From Acidimicrobiia bacterium (GTDB lineage: Bacteria > Actinomycetota > Acidimicrobiia > Spongiisociales > ZC4RG35), in the NCBI GenBank assembly GCA_050741975.1, contig JBOGET010000017.1, forward strand, positions 14,456 to 78,455: 64,000 nt of DNA, given 5' to 3'. This document shows, piece after piece, positions 57,471-64,000 of this stretch. Position 1 is the stretch's first letter. Every line of letters begins with the position of its first letter. The notes below the pieces were generated by a model. It was not told where the DNA came from and ran no database searches. It saw only the letters and a program-made list of their open reading frames with translations. Both the position numbers and the translations under genes were made by a program.

Positions 57471-57639
57471 GTCATTCGCTGAGGAGAAGTTAGCCAACCG
57501 GTTCCTGGGTTCCAACTCCGGGATGTCCACACCGCCTCTGCCCCTTGGCTAGTCCACAATGCCACGGGCATATAGTCCATTCGGCCCATACCTCATCGGG
57601 ACCCCTCCGAGCAGACTTCCCCCTCGGGTGATTTCAGAG

Positions 57640-58215
57640 ATGCGGGAACTACCGAGAGATATTCTCATCGAGGTCATGGAGGACGTGATCGAAGACCTGC
57701 ACGGTCACGTGCACCGGGTCTCGGATCTAGCGGTCAACATGGGCGTCGGCCTCGGTCTGGGCGATATCGACCTCGACCGTCTGGCACTGGCCGGGGTCTT
57801 GCACGATGTGGGCAAGATCCATCTCGACCCGGGCATCCTCGGCAAACCAGGGCCGCTCGACCCGACCGAAAGGGAGCTGATGAACCGGCACCCCGAGCTC
57901 GGCTTCGCCATGACCCGCAACCGTCTCGACCCGAAGGTGGCGGAGGCCATCCTCTATCACCACGAGCGCTTCGACGGACGTGGCTATCCCTTCGGCCTGG
58001 CCGCCGAGGAGATCCCGATCCTGAGCCGGATCATCCTCGTCGCCGATGCCTTCGACGCCATGACCTCGACTCGCTCCTACCAGCCGGCGCTGCCAGTCGA
58101 ATTCGCGGTGACCGAGATCCGAAAGCACTCAGGCACCCAATTCGACCCCCAGGTGGTCGAGATGTTCCTCGATCTGGCCGCCGTCAACCGCCTCCCGCTC
58201 GAGCTCTCCGCCTAG
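57640..58215 (+). CDS. HD-GYP domain phosphohydrolase
   Basis: LHDVGKI and HHERFDGRGYP motifs. Start set at ATG 57640. Confidence 0.8.
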   Translation: MRELPRDILIEVMEDVIEDLHGHVHRVSDLAVNMGVGLGLGDIDLDRLALAGVLHDVGKIHLDPGILGKPGPLDPTERELMNRHPELGFAMTRNRLDPKVAEAILYHHERFDGRGYPFGLAAEEIPILSRIILVADAFDAMTSTRSYQPALPVEFAVTEIRKHSGTQFDPQVVEMFLDLAAVNRLPLELSA

Positions 58216-58237
58216 CTCACCCCTGAGCGGGCATTCC

Positions 58238-58277
58238 GGGGCCACATTCGGACCTCACGATCCCAATCACGGACGGG
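58238..58277 (+). repeat. Intergenic repeat family, copy C (partial; 5' arm missing)
   Basis: GGGGCCACATTCGGACCTCACGATCCCAATCACGGACGGG is about 34/41 identical to the reverse complement of copy A. Confidence 0.65.
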
Positions 58278-58279
58278 TC

Positions 58280-58302
58280 TTGTCCTAGGGCTCTGATACC
58301 TT
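58280..58302 (+). promoter_or_regulatory. Candidate RecA-independent DNA-damage promoter (RecA-NDp/PafBC-type) for lhr
   Basis: tTGTCCtag-N8-TACCTT fits the spacing of tTGTCRgtg-N8-TAnnnT. The -10 ends 6 nt before GTG 58309, implying a leaderless transcript. Confidence 0.35.
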
Positions 58303-58308
58303 CCGGGT

Positions 58309-61300
58309 GTGGACCCGCTCGGCCCTTTCACCGCCGCCACCCGCACCTGGTTCGAGGCATCGTTCAACGAGCCGACGACGGCCCAGGCATTGGGCTGGCC
58401 TGCCATCGCCGATGGCCATCATGTGCTGGTCCATGCCCCCACCGGGTCGGGCAAGACGTTGGCGGCCTTTCTCTGGACCCTCGACCGTCTGCTCACCGAG
58501 CCCCAGCCGGACAGGGCAGACCGGTGCCGTGTCCTCTACATCTCGCCACTGAAAGCGCTGGCCCACGACGTCGACCGCAACCTGAGAGCGCCTCTCGCCG
58601 GCATTCGTCATGCCTCCAGCCGCATCGGGGGCCCTTCACTCCCCACCGTCGACACCTTCATCCGCACCGGAGACACGCCATCCGACGAACGTCAGCGGAT
58701 GCGTCGCAACCCGCCCGACATCCTGATCACCACACCCGAGTCGCTGTATCTGATCCTCACCTCGGCGGCGAGAGAGATCCTGCACAGCGTCCGTTGGGTC
58801 ATCGTCGACGAGGTCCACGCAGTCGCCGCCACCAAGCGCGGCGCCCACCTCGCCCTCTCCTTGGAGCGTCTCGAGGAGATCACCGACATCTCCCCGCAGA
58901 GGATTGGTCTCTCCGCAACCCAACGTCCGTTGGAGTCCATCGGACGGTTCCTCGGTGGAAGCACGGTAGAGGACGGGATCTGGGTGCCACGACCGGTGAC
59001 CATCATCGACGTTCCCCACGAGCGCGACCTCGACATCGAGATCGTGGTGCCGGTCGAGGACATGAACGAGCCCGGTGAGCCCGATCCCCTCGATCCCGAC
59101 CAGCAATCCACCCGGTCGATCTGGCCCGCGGTCTACCCCCGGCTCCTGGAGCAGATCCGATCTCATCGGAGCACGATCGTCTTCGCCAACTCGAGGAGGC
59201 TGGCCGAGCGCATTTGCTCGGAGTTGAACAATCTCGCCGGTGAGGAGATCGCCCGGGCCCATCACGGCTCGGTGTCCCGGGAGCAGCGGCTCCAGACAGA
59301 GGAGGCTTTGAAGCGGGGTGAGCTCAGGGCGGTGGTGGCCACGTCGTCTCTCGAGCTCGGGATTGACATGGGTGCGGTCGACCTGGTGCTTCAGGTGGAG
59401 GCACCGACCTCGGTCACCTCAGGTCTGCAGAGGGTGGGCCGCTCGGGCCACCACGTGGGCGGCGTCTCCAAGGCGCGGATCTACCCCAAGTATCGGGGAG
59501 ACCTCCTCGTCTCCACCGTGGTCGCCGCCGAGATGGTGGGACGGAGGGTGGAGAGCACCAAGATCCCGGCCAACCCACTCGATGTCCTCTCCCAGCAAAT
59601 CGTGGCCCGTGTGGTGGCCGGCGCAACCACCGCCGACAATCTGTACGAGATGGCAAGGAGAGCCGCTCCCTATGCCGGCTTGAGCCGCCCGGTGTTCGAC
59701 GAGACCCTTGACATGCTGGCCGGGCGTTACCCCTCCGACCTCTTTGCCGAGCTCCGGCCACGGGTCAACTGGGACCGGGCAACGGGCGAGGTGACCCCCC
59801 GGCCCGGAGCACTGCAATTGGCGGTCACCAACCCGGGCACCATCCCCGACCGGGGGTTGTTCCGGGTGACCCTTCCCGACGGGAGCAGGGTGGGTGAGCT
59901 CGACGAGGAGATGGTGTACGAATCGCGGGAAGGGGACGTATTCCTGCTCGGCAGCACCGCCTGGCGCATCGCCCGGATCACCCACGACCGGGTCGAGGTG
60001 GTCCCCGCCCCCGCCGAAGGTGCGGCCAGGATGCCCTTCTGGCACGGTGACACCCTGGGCCGATCTCTGGAGACGGGCAAGGCGATCGGCAGCTTCATCC
60101 GGCAGACCGGGGGGCTCGACTCCGACGAGGCGGAGACCACTCTCCGAACCGGCTTCCACCTCGACGAGCTTGCGGCCCGGAATCTCGTCGCCTATCTGAT
60201 CGAGGAGCGTGAAGCCACAGGTGTCCTCCCCACCGACCAGACCATCGTGGTCGAGCGATTCCGCGACGAGATCGGCGACTGGAGACTGGTGATGCTCTCG
60301 CCGTTGGGGGCCAGGGTGCATGCCCCGTGGGCGATGGCCCTGCGTCATCGTTTCCGCGATCGCTTCGGCACCGACGTCGACGCCATCTGGTCCGATGACG
60401 GCATCGCCTTCCGCTTCCCCGATGCCGACGACCCGCCTGGCGCCGACGACCTGCTGGTCGATCCCGACGACGTCGAAGCCCTGCTCGTGGAGCATCTGGG
60501 CGACACCGCCCTCTTTGCCGCGCGGTTCCGAGAGGCAGCTGGGCGCTCCCTTCTCCTCCCCCGTCGCCGGCCCGGCGAGAGGACCCCGCTCTGGCTGCAG
60601 CGGCGACGCTCCGCCGATCTCCTCGGCGTCGCCAAGCAGTTCGGCTCGTTCCCCATCATGCTCGAGGTCTACCGGGAGATACTCCAGGACGACTTCGACC
60701 TGCCTGCCCTGATCGAAGTGCTCACCGACATCCGCTCTCGCCGGATCAGGGTTGCCTCGGTCGACCTCGACTCCCCGAGCCCGTTCGCGGTCTCGTTGCT
60801 GTTCTCGTTCATCGCCGCCTACCTCTACGAGGCCGACGCCCCGCTGGCCGAGCGCCGAGCTGTGGCGATGACCCTCGACCGGGACCTGCTCAGAGAGCTG
60901 CTGGGCGAGGGGGAGCTGAGAGAGCTGATCGACTCCGAGGTCGTGGCTGCCGTCGAGCTCGAGTTGCAGTACCTGACCGAGCGCCGTCGGGTGAAACGCG
61001 CCGACGGGGTCCACGACATGCTGAGGGACCTGGGACCCCTGACCACGGACGACGTCGACGTGAGAACCGAAGGGCTGACCGTCCCGGCTGTCCTCGAGGA
61101 GTTGGCGGCGCAGAGACGCGTGGTCGAGATCACCCACGGCGGGACCACCCGATGGGCGGCGGTCGAGGACGTCTCACGGCTCCGCGATGCCCTCGGGGTG
61201 CAGCCGCCACCCGGGGTCCCCCATGTGTTCCTGGAGCCGGTCGGCGACCCCCTCGGCGACGTCATCGGGCGGTACGCCCGCACCCATGGACCGTTCACCA

Positions 61301-62676
61301 TCAGCGAGGTGGCCGAGGCACTGGCCCTGCCCGCGGCGATAGTGGAGACCGTCCTCCACCAATTGGAGGCACAGGGTCGCGTCGACGCGGGCGCATTTCG
61401 CCCCGGTGGTCAGGGAAGGGAGTGGATCGACCGCGAGGTGCTGCGACGGCTCAAGAGACGCTCACTCGCCGTGCTGCGTCGGGAGATCGAACCGGTGGCC
61501 CCGGCCTCGCTGGCCGCTTTCACCGTTGCCTGGCAGGGAGTGCGCGAGGACCCGCCGCGTGGCCAGACCGCCATGACCGATGCCATCGACCGTCTCACCG
61601 CAGCCGTGATCCCGGCGTCCGTCCTGGAGCGAGACGTGCTCGCCTCCCGGGTCGTCGACCCGGCGACGCTCCTCGATCGTCTCCTGCTCGATGGGGATCT
61701 GGTGTGGGTCGGCCATGACTCGTTGGGGCCCACCGACGGGAAGCTCGCCCTGTACCCGAGATCGGCACTCGGGCTGCTCTGGCGGGGCCCGGGCGACCTC
61801 CCGGACACACCCGAGACGCGCTGCATGGTGGAGTTTCTCGAAAAACGGGGGGCAAGCTTCTTTCGGGACCTCTACCTCGGCTCCGGCGGAGGCGACCCGA
61901 GCGCCCTGCTGGAACATCTTTGGGACCTGGTCTGGTCAGGGCATGTGACCAACGACACACTGGCCCCGGTCCGGGCCCTGACCCAACAACGCAGCACGAG
62001 GAGGTCGGGACCGGGTCTCTCCTCGCAATTCCCGCCCCAGGCCGGTGGCCGCTGGTCCCTGACCGGGCACCTCGTCACCGGTCAGGTGAGCGACACCGAG
62101 CGTCACGCCGCGTGGGCCCACCTCCTGCTGGACAGACACGGTGTCGTGACCAGGAACGCCATCCTCGCCGAAGGATACCCGGGGGGATTCAGCGCCCTCT
62201 ACCCTGTGTTCTCCCACCTGGAGGAGACAGGTCGGGTGAGACGGGGCTATTTCGTGGAGGGTCTGGGCGGCTCACAGTTCGCCCTGCCCGGGGCGGTCGA
62301 CCGCCTGCGCGTCGACCCCGCCCCCGACCTGACCGTCCTCGCCGCCACCGACCCGGCCAATTCCTACGGGGCCACACTGCCCTGGCCCGAAGTGGAGGGA
62401 GCCAGGTTGGCCCGGGACGCCGGCGCCTACGTGTTCCTTTGGCACGGCGAGCTCCTGGGCTACCTCGACCGGGGTCGCCGCCATCTCACCGTGCTGGTGG
62501 AGGACAGCTCTACCTACGGCAACCTGGGGCGGGGTCTGTCCGAGATCGCCGCCCGTCACCGGCGCACGACCGTGAACACGGTCAACGGGAGACCGGCTCC
62601 GCGCTCCCCCCTCGCTCCTGCCCTCGCCGAATGGGGGTTCGCCACCGCCCCCAAGGGTCTCACCTACCGGGGGTGA
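58309..62676 (+). CDS. lhr: ATP-dependent helicase Lhr (full-length form with C-terminal domain)
   Basis: 1455 aa with APTGSGKT and DEVH helicase motifs, a DEAD-assoc region and a long C-terminal extension, as in mycobacterial Lhr. Confidence 0.9.
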   Translation: MDPLGPFTAATRTWFEASFNEPTTAQALGWPAIADGHHVLVHAPTGSGKTLAAFLWTLDRLLTEPQPDRADRCRVLYISPLKALAHDVDRNLRAPLAGIRHASSRIGGPSLPTVDTFIRTGDTPSDERQRMRRNPPDILITTPESLYLILTSAAREILHSVRWVIVDEVHAVAATKRGAHLALSLERLEEITDISPQRIGLSATQRPLESIGRFLGGSTVEDGIWVPRPVTIIDVPHERDLDIEIVVPVEDMNEPGEPDPLDPDQQSTRSIWPAVYPRLLEQIRSHRSTIVFANSRRLAERICSELNNLAGEEIARAHHGSVSREQRLQTEEALKRGELRAVVATSSLELGIDMGAVDLVLQVEAPTSVTSGLQRVGRSGHHVGGVSKARIYPKYRGDLLVSTVVAAEMVGRRVESTKIPANPLDVLSQQIVARVVAGATTADNLYEMARRAAPYAGLSRPVFDETLDMLAGRYPSDLFAELRPRVNWDRATGEVTPRPGALQLAVTNPGTIPDRGLFRVTLPDGSRVGELDEEMVYESREGDVFLLGSTAWRIARITHDRVEVVPAPAEGAARMPFWHGDTLGRSLETGKAIGSFIRQTGGLDSDEAETTLRTGFHLDELAARNLVAYLIEEREATGVLPTDQTIVVERFRDEIGDWRLVMLSPLGARVHAPWAMALRHRFRDRFGTDVDAIWSDDGIAFRFPDADDPPGADDLLVDPDDVEALLVEHLGDTALFAARFREAAGRSLLLPRRRPGERTPLWLQRRRSADLLGVAKQFGSFPIMLEVYREILQDDFDLPALIEVLTDIRSRRIRVASVDLDSPSPFAVSLLFSFIAAYLYEADAPLAERRAVAMTLDRDLLRELLGEGELRELIDSEVVAAVELELQYLTERRRVKRADGVHDMLRDLGPLTTDDVDVRTEGLTVPAVLEELAAQRRVVEITHGGTTRWAAVEDVSRLRDALGVQPPPGVPHVFLEPVGDPLGDVIGRYARTHGPFTISEVAEALALPAAIVETVLHQLEAQGRVDAGAFRPGGQGREWIDREVLRRLKRRSLAVLRREIEPVAPASLAAFTVAWQGVREDPPRGQTAMTDAIDRLTAAVIPASVLERDVLASRVVDPATLLDRLLLDGDLVWVGHDSLGPTDGKLALYPRSALGLLWRGPGDLPDTPETRCMVEFLEKRGASFFRDLYLGSGGGDPSALLEHLWDLVWSGHVTNDTLAPVRALTQQRSTRRSGPGLSSQFPPQAGGRWSLTGHLVTGQVSDTERHAAWAHLLLDRHGVVTRNAILAEGYPGGFSALYPVFSHLEETGRVRRGYFVEGLGGSQFALPGAVDRLRVDPAPDLTVLAATDPANSYGATLPWPEVEGARLARDAGAYVFLWHGELLGYLDRGRRHLTVLVEDSSTYGNLGRGLSEIAARHRRTTVNTVNGRPAPRSPLAPALAEWGFATAPKGLTYRG

Positions 62677-62682
62677 GGCGGA

Positions 62683-64000
62683 TCACACCGGGTCCAGGAT
62701 CTCGTATGTGGTCGAGCGTAGGGCCGGGCGCCGCCCGGCGGACTCGATGGCTGCCCGGAATTGTTGCGGGGTGAGCTCCTGACCGTGGGCCGCACCCGCC
62801 GAGCGGGTGATGATCTCTCCCATCAGCGTGCCCCCGAGATCGTTGCAACCGGCATCGAGCAACCGGGCTCCCCCGTCGAGACCGAGCTTCACCCACGAGG
62901 CCTGGATGTTGGGGACCAGACCGTCGAGGGCGATGCGGGAGACGGCGTGGATGAGCACCACCTCGTCCCAGGTGGGGCCCGGCCGCGACCGGCCCCGGAG
63001 GAAGATCGGTGAGCCCATGTGGACGAAGGGCAACGGGACCATCTCGGTGAAGCCACCGGTCCGGCGCTGTATGGCCCGGATCACCTCGAGGTGATTGGCC
63101 CAGGAGCGGGGATGGTCGATGTGACCGAACATGATCGTCGACGTCGCTCGCAGACCCAGCTCGTGAGCGGCGATCATGACCTCGGCCCATTGCGAGGTCC
63201 TGATCTTGTCGGGGCAGAGATGGGCCCGGACCTCGTCGTCGAGTATCTCGGCGGCGGTGCCGGGCAGGGTGCCCAGACCGGCCGCCTTCAACTCTTCGAG
63301 GAACCGGCGCACCGGTATGCCCAGAGTCTGGGCTCCTTGCCAGACCTCGAGCGGAGTGAAACCGTGGATGTGCATGTCGGGCAACTCGCTCTTGATCGAC
63401 TTGACCACGTCGACGTAGAAGTTCCCGGTGAAGTCGGGGTGGATGCCCCCCTGCAGCGTGACCTCGGTCGCCCCCCGCTCCCAAGCTTCCATAGCCCTCT
63501 CCACGATCTCCCCCATACCCATCAGATAGGGCTCGCCACGCAGGTTGAGGCTGCGGGGCCCTTTGGAGAAGGCGCAGAACCCGCATCGGAAATAGCAGAG
63601 ATTCGTGTAGTTGATGTTCCGATTGACGACGTAGGTGACGGTGTCCCCCACTGCCCTCTCCCTGAGGACGTCGGCCACGTGGGCAATGGCGTCGACCTGG
63701 TCGCCCCGGGCCCGGAACAAGGACTCGATCTCGTTCATCGTGGGAGGGATCCTTTCCAGGGCGCGCTCCAGGATGGGCCCCAGCTCGCCGGCCGACTCCG
63801 GGTAGGAGAGAGCAGTCCCGCCGATCCACGAGCTGTCCGACCACTCCGCGGAGAAGCGGTCGTCGGGCAGGGGAAGGTCCGTGTCCTTGCCCGGCGCCCA
63901 GTCGTACCTGGGCCGGGCCGCACCCGAGCCGTCCACCAGCCCCAGCCATGCGGTGAAGGCGTCGGCGGGCAGGGCAACGCGTGCCTGGTCTATCTCGATT
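62683..64000 (-). CDS. fbiC: FO synthase (CofH-type radical-SAM domain; probably the C-terminal half of fused FbiC), 5' end outside window
   Basis: NRNINYTNLCYFRCGFCAF radical-SAM motif. The frame stays open upstream of GTG 63936 to the window edge. Confidence 0.8.
   Translation of the reverse strand, partial: IEIDQARVALPADAFTAWLGLVDGSGAARPRYDWAPGKDTDLPLPDDRFSAEWSDSSWIGGTALSYPESAGELGPILERALERIPPTMNEIESLFRARGDQVDAIAHVADVLRERAVGDTVTYVVNRNINYTNLCYFRCGFCAFSKGPRSLNLRGEPYLMGMGEIVERAMEAWERGATEVTLQGGIHPDFTGNFYVDVVKSIKSELPDMHIHGFTPLEVWQGAQTLGIPVRRFLEELKAAGLGTLPGTAAEILDDEVRAHLCPDKIRTSQWAEVMIAAHELGLRATSTIMFGHIDHPRSWANHLEVIRAIQRRTGGFTEMVPLPFVHMGSPIFLRGRSRPGPTWDEVVLIHAVSRIALDGLVPNIQASWVKLGLDGGARLLDAGCNDLGGTLMGEIITRSAGAAHGQELTPQQFRAAIESAGRRPALRSTTYEILDPV

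Noticed and set aside
59419-61137. 572-aa minus-strand ORF inside lhr, plus similar long antisense ORFs at 19383..20546, 40003..41604, 41750..42919 and 49737..51149
   Set aside because: All lie opposite strongly supported genes, show GC3-driven open frames with Arg/Gly/Pro/Asp bias, and have no motifs.
1-64000. CRISPR arrays, rRNA genes, toxin-antitoxin pairs and classical defence islands
   Set aside because: No regularly spaced direct repeats, rRNA-like sequence, or recognisable TA or defence gene signatures were found while reading both strands. Their absence is stated only at the level of manual inspection.

Overview
High-GC actinobacterial chromosome segment. The CGAAC-N4-GTTCG LexA boxes, F420/mycothiol-type genes and gene order fit Actinomycetota, possibly Acidimicrobiia-like; taxonomy is not verifiable here. 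Most of the window is densely packed core housekeeping, with many 1-4 nt stop/start overlaps.

Gene content in order:
- kynureninase, then a tRNA-Val and a Gly-Cys-Val tRNA cluster
- dut, nrdR, an SOS module (lexA divergent from a small TM+LysM gene), and dapF-miaA-miaB
- RNase Y, an intein-containing recA, thpR-cinA, rimO
- a glyoxylate-shunt operon (aceB-aceA) with a divergent RamB-like regulator
- a 2-oxoacid dehydrogenase E1a/E1b/E2 operon, ftsK, RNase J, dapA
- a Fur-family-controlled metal ABC importer, glpD, an M16 peptidase
- metY behind a SAM riboswitch, an HD-GYP protein, the large helicase Lhr, and the 3' part of fbiC

Non-routine content:
1. A 364-codon LAGLIDADG intein sits in recA.
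2. A decayed IS481-family element is inserted exactly at a CTAG shared by two convergent stop codons, and is itself interrupted by an apparently intact IS110-family element.
3. A CobT-like (vWA) / CobS-like (AAA+) pair has swapped Walker A/B residues and is followed by a long LOG/PpnN-like protein, with no other B12 genes in the window. This is my best candidate for an uncharacterised system.
4. A single ORF fuses a Pnkp-type polynucleotide-kinase P-loop domain to an LLM/F420-type oxidoreductase.
5. A ~55-nt intergenic repeat family is present in three copies.
6. Four tandem LexA boxes lie in the lexA intergenic region.

No CRISPR array, rRNA or recognisable prophage was seen. All calls come from reading the sequence and ORF translations and from family knowledge recalled from memory. 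No searches or statistics were run.
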